Shown: positions 18,486-28,078 of the stretch, in pieces
How the letters are laid out: each line of letters opens with the position of its first letter
How positions within the stretch are numbered: the stretch's first letter is position 1
IMG/VR virus record: IMGVR_UViG_3300030099_002195
Span: 1 to 50,535 of that record
Reading direction: 5' to 3' (one strand)
DNA: 50,535 bases
Source: a virus
Lineage: Duplodnaviria > Caudoviricetes
The notes under the pieces: model-generated
Database searches by the model: none
What the model was told of the DNA's origin: nothing
What the model saw: the letters and a program-made list of their open reading frames with translations, nothing else
Made by a program: the position numbers and the translations under genes

Positions 18486-19052
18486 GTGAGCATAGCGGGA
18501 TGGGGTAGAGGCACTTGGGGCGAGGGTCCTTGGAACCAAGCCATACCCATATCTGTCACAGGGGTCTCAGCTACAGCATCCGCTGGGGCTGTAACGCCAG
18601 CAGGAGCGGTGCTTCATGTACCCACGGGTGTTTCGGCTACGGGAACCGCAGGAAACCCAGTTTTAATAGGAACAGCCCTTTTCTCAGTCACGGGTGTAGC
18701 AGGAACCTCTGCTCTTGGCGATGAACAGACCAACGCCGGAGCAAGGGTAATAGGTGTTGGCGCGGTAGCCACAACAAGTCTGGGTGAGGAGGGCATTAGT
18801 GGGTCTTCTTTACTTTCTGTTACGGGTGTTACAGGGACCGGGGAGACAGATACAGGAACTGTTGCCCCAATACTATCTTTAGGAGTTTTTCCAACAGGGG
18901 TTACAGCGACGGGAAATACTGGTATAGTCCTTATTTATACAGAGATTGTAGCAGCGCAAACTCCAAACTGGGGTGTTGTAACAGGGGCTACAACAAATTG
19001 GGGCGACGTAACGCCGTCACAAACACCGTCTTGGACAGATAAGGCGGCATAG
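18486..19052 (+). CDS. Gly/Thr/Val-rich structural protein
   Basis: GWGRGTWGEGPW N-terminus; repeated VTGVSAT units. Confidence 0.65.
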   Translation: MSIAGWGRGTWGEGPWNQAIPISVTGVSATASAGAVTPAGAVLHVPTGVSATGTAGNPVLIGTALFSVTGVAGTSALGDEQTNAGARVIGVGAVATTSLGEEGISGSSLLSVTGVTGTGETDTGTVAPILSLGVFPTGVTATGNTGIVLIYTEIVAAQTPNWGVVTGATTNWGDVTPSQTPSWTDKAA

Positions 19053-19061
19053 GAGTAACAG

Positions 19062-19574
19062 ATGGCAAGCTCGTTTAGTACAAACCTTGGTATAGAAAAA
19101 CCAGCTACAGGTGAACTTTCTGGTAGTTGGGGCGATGTCACCAACTTTAACTTTGATATATTTGATAGAATAACAGGCGCTACTGACTTAACAGCCTCTG
19201 ACCTGACCACAGACTTGACCGTAAGGTTAGGGTCTCCGACCTCTGGCTCCAGTAATGTTCAGACTGGTATGTTCTCTGTAATTAATTTAAAAGATAGTGG
19301 TTCTGATCTTGGTGGCACAAACGTGGTTACGATTGCACCAAACACCACCAGTAAATTTTTTATTATAAAAAATTCTTTGTCTGGTAGCAGAGCAGCCACT
19401 ATACAACAAGGATCAGGAGCTACAGTGTCTATACCAAATGGTACATCTGACATTGTGTTCTGTGATGGTGCAGGATCAGGGGCGGCAGTCACTGGACTTG
19501 CTACATCTTTTAACGTAGGTAGTAGTGCAGAGGTCGCTGGTACAGCTACTGCTTTAGCCATAGCTTTAGGATAG
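19062..19574 (+). CDS. Tail fibre-associated protein
   Basis: ATGELSGSWGDVTN; C-terminal ATALAIALG. Confidence 0.65.
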   Translation: MASSFSTNLGIEKPATGELSGSWGDVTNFNFDIFDRITGATDLTASDLTTDLTVRLGSPTSGSSNVQTGMFSVINLKDSGSDLGGTNVVTIAPNTTSKFFIIKNSLSGSRAATIQQGSGATVSIPNGTSDIVFCDGAGSGAAVTGLATSFNVGSSAEVAGTATALAIALG

Positions 19575-19583
19575 GAGTTAAAA

Positions 19584-20036
19584 ATGGCAAATGATGGATC
19601 CGCAACAATACAGGCGACAGTTTTGCCAGACGAGATTGCTAAGACCTTTTCTGCAAGCATGACTGTTACTCCCGCTGATGCTAACGATAAGTGGTATTAC
19701 AAAAAGACTAGCGTCTCTAACTCAAGCACAGACTTGATCGCTGGTAATTACACAGATTACACCGCAGTTGACGACGACACAGCCCCCACCGCTGTGGCTA
19801 CGGGCGACAAAGTAAAGTTTTTGTTTATCAAGAACATCGACACTAACAGTCGTAGTATTTTCATAGTTCTGGATGCAGGCACCGCATCTTCTAGTGCAAA
19901 TGACGGTATTACTATTGGCCCAAGCGAGGCTTTCGTAGCCAGACTGCCAAACACAACTGTAGCGGATATACACGCTATTTCATCTGCATCAACAGCCGAA
20001 TGTATAGTATGTGCTTTGCTAGATGATGTAGCATAG
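19584..20036 (+). CDS. Structural hypothetical protein
   Basis: 150 aa, SD AGGAG, beta-rich. Confidence 0.65.
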   Translation: MANDGSATIQATVLPDEIAKTFSASMTVTPADANDKWYYKKTSVSNSSTDLIAGNYTDYTAVDDDTAPTAVATGDKVKFLFIKNIDTNSRSIFIVLDAGTASSSANDGITIGPSEAFVARLPNTTVADIHAISSASTAECIVCALLDDVA

Positions 20037-20045
20037 GAGTAGAAC

Positions 20046-20375
20046 ATGGCTAATACCTTTAAAAATAAGGTGTTCAACGGTGGAACAGCCAGTGCCAATT
20101 CAGACATGGCTGTTTACACCGTGCCAAGTTCCACCACTACCGTTGTTATTGGTCTGACTCTGGCGAACACTTCATCTGCCCAAATCACTGCTGACATAAA
20201 GCTAAACGCTGGCGATATGGTGTTTTTGGCAAAAGACATACCGATTCCTGCGGCATCTAGTTTTGAATATATGGCAGGTAACAAGATTGTCATGGAAACA
20301 GGGCATAGCTTGATTGTGCAAAGTGACACGGCAAACAGCTTAGATACTGTAGCGAGTATAATGGAGATCACCTGA
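20046..20375 (+). CDS. Structural hypothetical protein
   Basis: MANTFKNK, YTVPSSTTTVVIGL, SIMEIT. Confidence 0.7.
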   Translation: MANTFKNKVFNGGTASANSDMAVYTVPSSTTTVVIGLTLANTSSAQITADIKLNAGDMVFLAKDIPIPAASSFEYMAGNKIVMETGHSLIVQSDTANSLDTVASIMEIT

Positions 20376-20827
20376 TGCCTCTTCTTGGCAATACTATAGT
20401 GCCTAGTTTTCAGGCCAGACCTACAAGACAGGAGTTTAGTGGTGATGGAAGCACTACCACCTTTACTCTTAATCAGACGGTTCGTGCAGAAGATATAGTC
20501 GTTTCCGTAGATGGGGTGGTTCAAGAGCCAACTGGATCATATACCGTACCTGACGGAGCCACTCTTACGTTTGATGAAGCGCCATCAAGTAACTCTGGCA
20601 ATAATATCTTTGTTATGTACATGGGTGTGACCAGTGGATCCATCTCACCTGCCACAGAAAATAGAGGCAACTTTAAGTCCGGCGGTATCTTCCGCACAAA
20701 CAATCAAAGCCTAACTGTAGACACCACTATCCTAGCCACAGAAAACGCTAACGTAACTGGTCCGTTTACTGTGGCTTCTGGTGTAACTCTTACAGTCGAG
20801 TCTGGCGGGACGTTGGTGACGCTATGA
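20375..20827 (+). CDS. Tail fibre module, class A
   Basis: FSGDGSTTTFTL, VSVDGVVQEP; C-terminus similar to 23707-24165. Confidence 0.7.
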   Translation: MPLLGNTIVPSFQARPTRQEFSGDGSTTTFTLNQTVRAEDIVVSVDGVVQEPTGSYTVPDGATLTFDEAPSSNSGNNIFVMYMGVTSGSISPATENRGNFKSGGIFRTNNQSLTVDTTILATENANVTGPFTVASGVTLTVESGGTLVTL

Positions 20828-21216
20828 GTACATTAAAAGCAGATACAATCCAAAGCACCGCCGGTGGTGCGGCTACGCTGACTAAGCAAAGTGCGGCAAA
20901 GGCGTTTGGTGTGTTTGACCAAAGAGGTGATAAACTTGGTGCAAATACTGGTGGTGACACCTTCAACGTAAGCAGTTTTAGTGATACTAGCACAGGAATT
21001 TTTTCAACATCACTTACTAATAATATGTCTAGTACTCAATATGCATCTATTACAAATTCTCACTATACAGGATTAAACGGAAGTAATTCTCGGTATAGTC
21101 GCTTTTCTGCATCATCTGCATATGCTTCGGGGTCTTTTACCACTGCAAGTCAATATCAAAATACTTCAAGTGAAGACAATTATTTGACTATTAATGTTCA
21201 CGGAGATTTAGCATGA
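20824..21216 (+). CDS. Tail fibre module, class B paralog 1
   Basis: MSTLKADTI...SAAKAF...FNVSSFSD..TG...HGDLA. Confidence 0.7.
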   Translation: MSTLKADTIQSTAGGAATLTKQSAAKAFGVFDQRGDKLGANTGGDTFNVSSFSDTSTGIFSTSLTNNMSSTQYASITNSHYTGLNGSNSRYSRFSASSAYASGSFTTASQYQNTSSEDNYLTINVHGDLA

Positions 21217-21623
21217 GTGAGGTAAAAACAAACAAACTCACTGGCGTAAGCACTGCTAATGACATCACCGTGACGGTTGGTGCTAGTGCTACACAGTCTA
21301 TGCAAGAAGGGTTATTGAAAGTTTGGATTAGCATAGATGACACAAACCCACCAACAAAAAGAAACTCTGGTGTAGGCGATAGCCTTAATGTTTCTTCGAT
21401 TGGTGATGGTGGTGCGCTTCAATTTGAATTAAATTTTACTAATAACTTTTCGAATGATGCAACAGCACAAGCGGGATATGCTGGAAACAGAGACGGTACA
21501 ACTACTGGTGCTAGGTCAATAGTAAATGATGGGACGCAATCTACTTCAACCAAACATTTTAGAGTTATAAGTGGCGGTTCTGATGAAGATGTTACCTTTA
21601 TGATGGCGGGGGATATTGCGTAA
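21213..21623 (+). CDS. Tail fibre module, class B paralog 2
   Basis: MSEVKTNKL...GLLKVW...SLNVSSIGD...AGDIA. Confidence 0.7.
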   Translation: MSEVKTNKLTGVSTANDITVTVGASATQSMQEGLLKVWISIDDTNPPTKRNSGVGDSLNVSSIGDGGALQFELNFTNNFSNDATAQAGYAGNRDGTTTGARSIVNDGTQSTSTKHFRVISGGSDEDVTFMMAGDIA

Positions 21624-22012
21624 TGGCACTAGGAAAGATAAAAGCAGATACCCTAGAACACAGCACCGCTGGGTCAGTTGATACACAGTTTGTGGTGAAT
21701 GGTAGTGCAAAGGCGTGGTCACAGTCACAAATGTACACTAGTAATTTAATAAATGACAGTTTAAATCACTCGTCATTAACAGATGAGGCGGCGGGTGACT
21801 TCACCTTAACTGTCACTAGTGCTTTTGGAAATGCAAAATTTTGTATATCCGCAAGTACATCAACGGGTCACTCTTTACAGGACAGAAGCACTAGAGATGA
21901 AGCTCACGACAATCGAAGGACAACATCTACACAAAGAGTTAAGACAGAAGATGATGGAACCACGCAAGATTGTAATCATAACTGCGTTTCATTTCACGGA
22001 GATTTAGCATAA
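21623..22012 (+). CDS. Tail fibre module, class B paralog 3
   Basis: IKADTL...GSAKAW...SLNHSSLTD...HGDLA. Confidence 0.7.
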   Translation: MALGKIKADTLEHSTAGSVDTQFVVNGSAKAWSQSQMYTSNLINDSLNHSSLTDEAAGDFTLTVTSAFGNAKFCISASTSTGHSLQDRSTRDEAHDNRRTTSTQRVKTEDDGTTQDCNHNCVSFHGDLA

Positions 22013-22488
22013 TGGATACACCAGAATTTCAAGGCACACACTTATTTGACAGACTCTGCTGGGCTAAAGAAAACCTAGACGGTGTACAGTCTGACTATCG
22101 TGTAGTCTATGAGGACAGCATAGACGAATGTGCAAAGATACTTGTACCTGACCCTAACTGGATGGCTTGTGCGCTACAGGGCGGCATCCTACCACCAGTG
22201 CAAGTATACTGGGAACTAGCCAAAGATGAAGCGCAGCCTGACTTTAAAAAGCACACAAGAGGATATTTGCTCCATAACACTGAGCCTGTCGAGGCGATGA
22301 CCGAAGAGCAAGCAATCGAGTATTTGATTATGAAAGACTGCCCACAGCATGTGTGGCGAGACTATGATAGCGGTAATAAGCCAAAGATGGTAATATGCCG
22401 CAAGGAACAGCTTCCAGCGACAAGAGAGTGGCGCAACGCTTGGAAGATTAGTGAAGAGCTAGCCACTGATGAAACCGTAGCCGCATAG
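22012..22488 (+). CDS. Hypothetical protein, possible fibre assembly factor
   Basis: EAMTEEQAIEYLIMKDCP; LPATREWRNAW. Confidence 0.65.
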   Translation: MDTPEFQGTHLFDRLCWAKENLDGVQSDYRVVYEDSIDECAKILVPDPNWMACALQGGILPPVQVYWELAKDEAQPDFKKHTRGYLLHNTEPVEAMTEEQAIEYLIMKDCPQHVWRDYDSGNKPKMVICRKEQLPATREWRNAWKISEELATDETVAA

Positions 22489-22498
22489 GAGAAACCTC

Positions 22499-22873
22499 AT
22501 GGCACCAACAACATATATCGTAGATAAGGACGGTAATCAGATTGATGCTTCAACCGCTACCGTTCCATCAGACCGTCACTTCAGAGGCGCATGGACTCTG
22601 AGTGGCAAAGTCATTTCTGAAGATTTGGCTGAAGCAAAAAAGATTTTTAAGGACAAAATCCGTGAAGTACGTCAGCCACTGCTTGATGCAGAGGATGTTG
22701 TGTACATGAAGGCTCTTGAAGCTGATGATGCAACTGCAAAGACTAACTCTGTCAACAAGAAGAAGGCTTTGCGTGATGCACCTGCTGCAAAAGCAATTAC
22801 AGACGCAGACACCATTGCAAAGCTCAAAGCTGCTTGGGATACATCTGTATTGGGTGACAGCCCTTACGCATAA
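22499..22873 (+). CDS. Putative tail fibre assembly chaperone
   Basis: PSDRHFRGAW, IREVRQPLL, KKALRDAP. Confidence 0.65.
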   Translation: MAPTTYIVDKDGNQIDASTATVPSDRHFRGAWTLSGKVISEDLAEAKKIFKDKIREVRQPLLDAEDVVYMKALEADDATAKTNSVNKKKALRDAPAAKAITDADTIAKLKAAWDTSVLGDSPYA

Positions 22874-22883
22874 GGAATAGGTT

Positions 22884-23381
22884 ATGCCCTTAACTAAAAT
22901 TATCGGCGGTGGCGTAGCAGCATCAGGTTCTATATTGCAAATAGTCCATGTGCTTTATGAAACTGAGCAGAGTTTGACGCAAAGTGCAAACACTCCACAA
23001 GCAACAGGATTAGCCGCTACAATCACACCAACTGATGTGACCAGCAAAATACTTGTGACATATAGTCTCTGCACCTCATCAAATAACACAGGGGCGGCTT
23101 ACGGTGCTTATCACATGATTTATCACGATATTGGACAAACTGGTTCTGACACAGCATTTAGTTCACGTTTTTTTGGAGCAAGGGCTGGTCAATATAGCAA
23201 CTATACAATGGTAAACTTTGGTGGTCAGATTTACCACGACCACAATACTACCAGTGCAATAGATTACACGGTCTATGTAGATAACAACAGTGCGGCGACA
23301 ATTTACATTAACAGAGGTGGATCAAGCGATACTGATTTAAATGGCGCAAGCAGTATAACACTCATGGAGATCGGACAATAA
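22884..23381 (+). CDS. Tail fibre module, class C
   Basis: GSILQIV, ATITPTDVTSKILV, SSITLMEIG. Confidence 0.7.
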   Translation: MPLTKIIGGGVAASGSILQIVHVLYETEQSLTQSANTPQATGLAATITPTDVTSKILVTYSLCTSSNNTGAAYGAYHMIYHDIGQTGSDTAFSSRFFGARAGQYSNYTMVNFGGQIYHDHNTTSAIDYTVYVDNNSAATIYINRGGSSDTDLNGASSITLMEIGQ

Positions 23382-23707
23382 TGCAACACGAAGCAATATA
23401 TCAACTCTATGATAACGTGGTTTCCATAACTGGCACTGGGTCCGATGCGGTTGCTATTGATAAAGATGGAAAAACGGTTTCTTGGGACGCTTCTACTGTG
23501 GCAACAAAGCAAGCAGAGTTAGAAAAAGCCGCCAGCCTTGAAGATTTAAGATTAGAGCGTACAAGATTATTATCAGAAACAGATTGGTGGGACGCATCTG
23601 ATACGCCTGCCATGACGGATGCACAAAAAAAGTATCGTCAAGACTTACGAGATATAACAAAAACTGCAACATCACTTGATGATGTTAAGTGGCCGGAGAA
23701 ACCATAA
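23381..23707 (+). CDS. Phage tail assembly chaperone
   Basis: LRLERTRLLSETDWW...YRQDLRDIT...WPEKP. Confidence 0.75.
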   Translation: MQHEAIYQLYDNVVSITGTGSDAVAIDKDGKTVSWDASTVATKQAELEKAASLEDLRLERTRLLSETDWWDASDTPAMTDAQKKYRQDLRDITKTATSLDDVKWPEKP

Positions 23708-24165
23708 TGCCATACATAGGAAAATCTCCAGAGTTTGGTGTTCGCAACCGCTTCGTATATCAAGCCACAGCTAGTCAAACGACATTCAGTGGCAGTGATG
23801 GCGATGCGAAGACACTAAAGTATACAGATAGCCTGTACATGGACGTGTATCAAAACGGGGTGCTTCTCAAACCCGGAACTGACTATGCAGCCACAACAGG
23901 CACAAGCGTTGTATTAGTTACAGCCGCCAGCCTAAATGACATTGTTGAGATGGTGGTCTATGACACCTTTGCTATATCTAGCAGTTACACTAAAACAGAA
24001 AGTGACACACGCTATCCGTTCAAAGGTAACAACAGCATCATCCGTTTGAATGGGCAGACCATCAGCGCAGACATTACAATTGACAGCGATGAGAATGGTG
24101 TATCGGCTGGGCCTATCACACAGAACGCAACCGTAACTGTTAACGGTTATTGGAGTATCGTATGA
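23707..24165 (+). CDS. Tail fibre module, class A
   Basis: MPYIGKSP, DVYQNGVLL, IIRLNGQTISADITI; start moved to ATG 23707. Confidence 0.7.
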   Translation: MPYIGKSPEFGVRNRFVYQATASQTTFSGSDGDAKTLKYTDSLYMDVYQNGVLLKPGTDYAATTGTSVVLVTAASLNDIVEMVVYDTFAISSSYTKTESDTRYPFKGNNSIIRLNGQTISADITIDSDENGVSAGPITQNATVTVNGYWSIV

Positions 24166-24545
24166 CCAGTGTATTGAATGTAGACACTATTGCAGATAAG
24201 GCTGGCACTGGTCCGGTTGGGTTGACTAAGCAAGCAGCAGTAAAAGTTTTTGCACACTCAAACAACATTACACCTGCTTTAGAAAACGCCTTAAACACTG
24301 CATCACTTACAGACAATGCGACAGGTTCATTCACCTATAATTATACCAATAATATGAGTGATGCTACTTATGCAACTTGCGAACAAAGTGGTGAAGAAAG
24401 TGGCGCATCAGGAAATGCTAGTATTAGAACTACAAGTGCAAGTCATAGGACAACAAGTTTGTTTAGAACGTCAAATAGAAATTCTAGCAACTCGCTAACT
24501 GATGCTGGACAATCAAATATTTGTGTATTTGGAGACCTCGCATAA
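24162..24545 (+). CDS. Tail fibre module, class B paralog 4
   Basis: MTSVLNVDTI...AAVKVF...LNTASLTDNATG...FGDLA. Confidence 0.7.
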   Translation: MTSVLNVDTIADKAGTGPVGLTKQAAVKVFAHSNNITPALENALNTASLTDNATGSFTYNYTNNMSDATYATCEQSGEESGASGNASIRTTSASHRTTSLFRTSNRNSSNSLTDAGQSNICVFGDLA

Positions 24546-24952
24546 TGGCTAGTATTCTTAAAGTAGATACTCTTACAGGTAATACAACGGCTAAAACCGT
24601 CACTGTTACCGTTGGTGCTACTGCTACGCAATCTCTGGAACAGGGTCTTGTAAAGGCTTGGGCAATGATTGCTACTGTTTCTAGCATCAATGACAGCTTA
24701 AATTCTAGTAGCTTTACAGACTTAGGCACGGGTAAACCACAGGTAAATTTGACTAATGCTTTTAGTGACGCTGATAACTGTTGCGGTGCGGCCAATCCGT
24801 TTCAATACGCAAGTGGAACAGCACATCTTGCCGTTCAATCTGCTGGGTTTTTGATATCAACCTCTGCAATGGGGGCTGAGTGTGGTAGCAATACGACTAC
24901 TTTAGTTAATTGGCACAGAGCCAACATCTTTATGATGGGGGACCTAGCATAA
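24545..24952 (+). CDS. Tail fibre module, class B paralog 5
   Basis: MASILKVDTL...GLVKAW...SLNSSSFTDLGTG...MGDLA. Confidence 0.7.
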   Translation: MASILKVDTLTGNTTAKTVTVTVGATATQSLEQGLVKAWAMIATVSSINDSLNSSSFTDLGTGKPQVNLTNAFSDADNCCGAANPFQYASGTAHLAVQSAGFLISTSAMGAECGSNTTTLVNWHRANIFMMGDLA

Positions 24953-25326
24953 TGGCAAGCGAACTTAGAGTTAACACCCTAAAGGATGCCAGCGGTAATA
25001 ACAGTATTGCCACCAGCTTTGTTGCGAATGGTAGCTGTAAATGTTGGGCTGACTCAAATGCGGGTGCAGCGGCAGATGCCTCACTTAATCTTGCAAGCAC
25101 AACAGATAATGGCACAGGAGATTATACATTCGCACTTTCTTCAAGTATAAGTTCAGCAAATTATTCTCATCCTATTGTTCCCGCAGATGCAGATGGAGGA
25201 GGTGGGTTAGATATTAGCGTTGCATCAAAAGCCGCTGGTTCTATACGAGTAGGCACTATTAGAGATGACAGCACTAAAACAGACAATGCAAACATTTCTG
25301 TATCCATATTTGGAGAACTAGCATGA
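24952..25326 (+). CDS. Tail fibre module, class B paralog 6
   Basis: MASELRVNTL...GSCKCW...SLNLASTTDNGTG...FGELA. Confidence 0.7.
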   Translation: MASELRVNTLKDASGNNSIATSFVANGSCKCWADSNAGAAADASLNLASTTDNGTGDYTFALSSSISSANYSHPIVPADADGGGGLDISVASKAAGSIRVGTIRDDSTKTDNANISVSIFGELA

Positions 25327-25859
25327 GTAGAGCAGCAGAATTAGCGGCATTTATTGGTGGGGGAAGCACGGGCAAAATTTTGCAAGTCCAACGCACTCAA
25401 TTTACTGGTACAAATACAATTTCACTTACTGGTTTAGCAGACACTGTTTTTACAGATTTGACAGTGAACATCACCCCGACAGCTACAAGTAGCGTTTTTA
25501 GATTAGACGCTCAAATTTTTGGGGAGCATGGGCTTATTGCAAACGCATGGAACCACATCTTCTTTTTTTACAGGGACACAACCAAACTTGGTCATGACGC
25601 CGCTGGAGATCGAGCGAACGGCGTGTCAATGATTACACAAACCTATAGTCAAGCAAATCAAAACGCGGCATCGACCCCAGAGTGTGGAATGTACAGTTTT
25701 TTTGACTCACCCTCAACCACATCACAGATTACCTATAAGGTGGGCATAAGAGCTAGACAGGACGGGAATTTTTTCCTTAATAGGACGTTGGAAGATAATG
25801 ATGATACCTATTATGAACGCGGCGTCTCTTTCATCACTGCAACAGAGATAGCGGGATAA
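25323..25859 (+). CDS. Tail fibre module, class C
   Basis: GKILQV, VNITPTATSS, DSPSTTSQITYK, SFITATEIAG. Confidence 0.7.
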   Translation: MSRAAELAAFIGGGSTGKILQVQRTQFTGTNTISLTGLADTVFTDLTVNITPTATSSVFRLDAQIFGEHGLIANAWNHIFFFYRDTTKLGHDAAGDRANGVSMITQTYSQANQNAASTPECGMYSFFDSPSTTSQITYKVGIRARQDGNFFLNRTLEDNDDTYYERGVSFITATEIAG

Positions 25860-25864
25860 GATGC

Positions 25865-27733
25865 ATGCCTCTAAGCAAATTGCAATTCAAACCGGGCATC
25901 AATAGAGAGGGTACGAATTACTCTAATGAGGGCGGTTGGTTTAACGGAGATAAGATACGTTTTAGGGCTGGATACGCAGAGCGTATAGGCGGTTGGACTC
26001 GTGTATCTAATACTCAAGTCACGGGAACACCTCGTAAGATATTTGACTTTGTCACTTTAGACTCACAAAATCTCCTGTTTATAGGCACCGAAAAGAAGGT
26101 GTTTTTAGAAAATGCAGGCACGTTTAACGACATCACACCCATTAGATCTACGGTCAGTCTTGGTTCAAACCCAGTAAATACTACAGGTGGAGCAGGCAGC
26201 GGCGTTGTCACTGTCACGACACAAGCTGCACATGGTGCAATAGTGGGGGACTTTGTCACATTAGCTAGTCTTACAACCACTGATGGTATAACAGCCGCAC
26301 AGCTAAACACCGAACACACAATAACTTCTGTTCCTAGCACCACAACTTTTACAATTACCACTGCCGGGTCGGCTACTTCAGGTAGCACCGCTGGAGGCGG
26401 TTCGTCCGGCACCGCAGCGTTTCAAGTCAATGTTGGGCTAAACACCACGGTCCTCGGTTCTGGTTGGGGTGCTGGCACATGGGGTCGATTTACTTGGGGT
26501 TCCGCGGCTGGATCATTGTCAGGTCAGACACTACGCCTGTTCTCAGTGGATAACTTTGGAGAGGACCTGCTATTCAATATATCTGACGGGACTGTGTTTT
26601 ACTGGGATGCAACCAACGGAACTAGTACAAGGGCAGTCCGATTAGACAGCTTAACAGGTGCAAGCGATGTCCCCACGGTGGTTCGTAAATTATTGGTCTC
26701 CGATGTAGATAGGCACATTATTTTCTTCGGCACTAACCCGGTTGGCACTGGCATACTTGACCCCTTACTAATTAGGTTTGGAAGCCAAGAATCTTTGACT
26801 GATTTTACACCCACGGCCACTAACACAGCGGGTGATTTAAGGTTGTCAAAAGGCAGTGAGATCATCACGGCTGTACAAACTAGTCGTCAGATACTGGTGT
26901 ACACAGATCAGTCCTTATATTCCATGCAGTTTATCGGCGCACCCTTTACTTTTGGTATATCACTTCTTGGTGACAATATACGTATAGCTGGACCAAATAC
27001 AGCTATCGCCGTAAACGACATTGTCTTCTGGATGGGACAAGAAAACTTTTACGCATATGACGGACGTATACAAACCATACCGTGCTCTGTTAGAGATTAC
27101 GTGTTTAATGACATGAATAACCAACAATCGTTTAAGTTTCATGCAGGGTCCATAGGCAGCCAAACCGAGATTTGGTGGTTCTATGTATCTTCCGGTGCAA
27201 CGGAGATAGACCGATATGTTGTGTATAATTATGGTCAGCAGATTTGGTACTACGGAACTTTAGTTCGCACCGCGTGGAATGACCGGGCCTCTGGTCTGCG
27301 TAGCTTCCCGCAAGCCACCGGTGCTGATTTTTTCTTATACAATCATGAAGATGGGTTAGATGATTTTAGCACGGGTAGCGCCGTCGCTATCAACGCCTTT
27401 ATTGAGTCCTCCGACTTTGACATAGGTGATGGTCAACAGTTCATGATGGTCAACCGTATACTACCGGATCTTAGTTTTAGTGGGTCAAGCACAAGTAGTC
27501 CATCTGCTCTATTTACTGTAAAGAGCAGGGATTTTAGCGGTAACAATTTTACAGAGTCCCCTTCTGGTTCTGCTGTAAGAACAGCTACTGCTCCAGTAGA
27601 ACAGTTTACGGAAAAGATTGACCTAAGAGCTCGTGGCAGACAGATGTCGGTCAGAGTTGAGAACACCGACACGGGCGTAAACTGGAGATTAGGGGCGTCT
27701 AGACTTGATGCGAGGCCGGATGGTAGGCGATGA
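25865..27733 (+). CDS. Putative tail nozzle/head-closure protein (tubular B / P22 gp10-like)
   Basis: 622 aa beta-rich; KPGINRE, DKIRFR, RARGRQ, PDGRR end; precedes internal virion genes. Confidence 0.7.
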   Translation: MPLSKLQFKPGINREGTNYSNEGGWFNGDKIRFRAGYAERIGGWTRVSNTQVTGTPRKIFDFVTLDSQNLLFIGTEKKVFLENAGTFNDITPIRSTVSLGSNPVNTTGGAGSGVVTVTTQAAHGAIVGDFVTLASLTTTDGITAAQLNTEHTITSVPSTTTFTITTAGSATSGSTAGGGSSGTAAFQVNVGLNTTVLGSGWGAGTWGRFTWGSAAGSLSGQTLRLFSVDNFGEDLLFNISDGTVFYWDATNGTSTRAVRLDSLTGASDVPTVVRKLLVSDVDRHIIFFGTNPVGTGILDPLLIRFGSQESLTDFTPTATNTAGDLRLSKGSEIITAVQTSRQILVYTDQSLYSMQFIGAPFTFGISLLGDNIRIAGPNTAIAVNDIVFWMGQENFYAYDGRIQTIPCSVRDYVFNDMNNQQSFKFHAGSIGSQTEIWWFYVSSGATEIDRYVVYNYGQQIWYYGTLVRTAWNDRASGLRSFPQATGADFFLYNHEDGLDDFSTGSAVAINAFIESSDFDIGDGQQFMMVNRILPDLSFSGSSTSSPSALFTVKSRDFSGNNFTESPSGSAVRTATAPVEQFTEKIDLRARGRQMSVRVENTDTGVNWRLGASRLDARPDGRR

Positions 27734-28017
27734 CAAAAAAGGTATTACGTCCGATCATACCGACGGCACCGCAAGAGTACGATCCGGTGTATGTCAATCA
27801 GTTAGCGCGGGCTTTGGAACAGTTGATCGACGAAGTGCGGTCCGCGGACATTAACTTTCAGGGCATACCCGGTAGCGGCGCGGCTAACACATTAGAAGTA
27901 GGTGATTTTTTTATAGGTGAGGCTAATTTCATACAGACTATAGTGCAAAACGAGGTGCATTCGGGAAGTGTAGTGGGAACCACGGCTCTCGGAACTGTAA
28001 CAATAGCCGTTGCATAG
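27730..28017 (+). CDS. Hypothetical protein
   Basis: PTAPQEYDPVYVNQL; ATGA overlap. Confidence 0.65.
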   Translation: MTKKVLRPIIPTAPQEYDPVYVNQLARALEQLIDEVRSADINFQGIPGSGAANTLEVGDFFIGEANFIQTIVQNEVHSGSVVGTTALGTVTIAVA

Positions 28018-28019
28018 TG

Positions 28020-28048
28020 TAGACGGAATTTGAAAAACAAGGTAGACT
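28020..28048 (+). promoter_or_regulatory. Possible sigma70-like promoter for internal virion genes
   Basis: TAGACG-N17-TAGACT in one of the few intergenic gaps. Confidence 0.35.
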
Positions 28049-28078
28049 GCGAGGAACCTTATACTAGGGAATTAAAAA

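Noticed and set aside
20375-25859. Diversity-generating retroelement or invertible shufflon
   Set aside because: No reverse transcriptase or recombinase, no near-identical template/variable repeat pair, all cassettes on one strand
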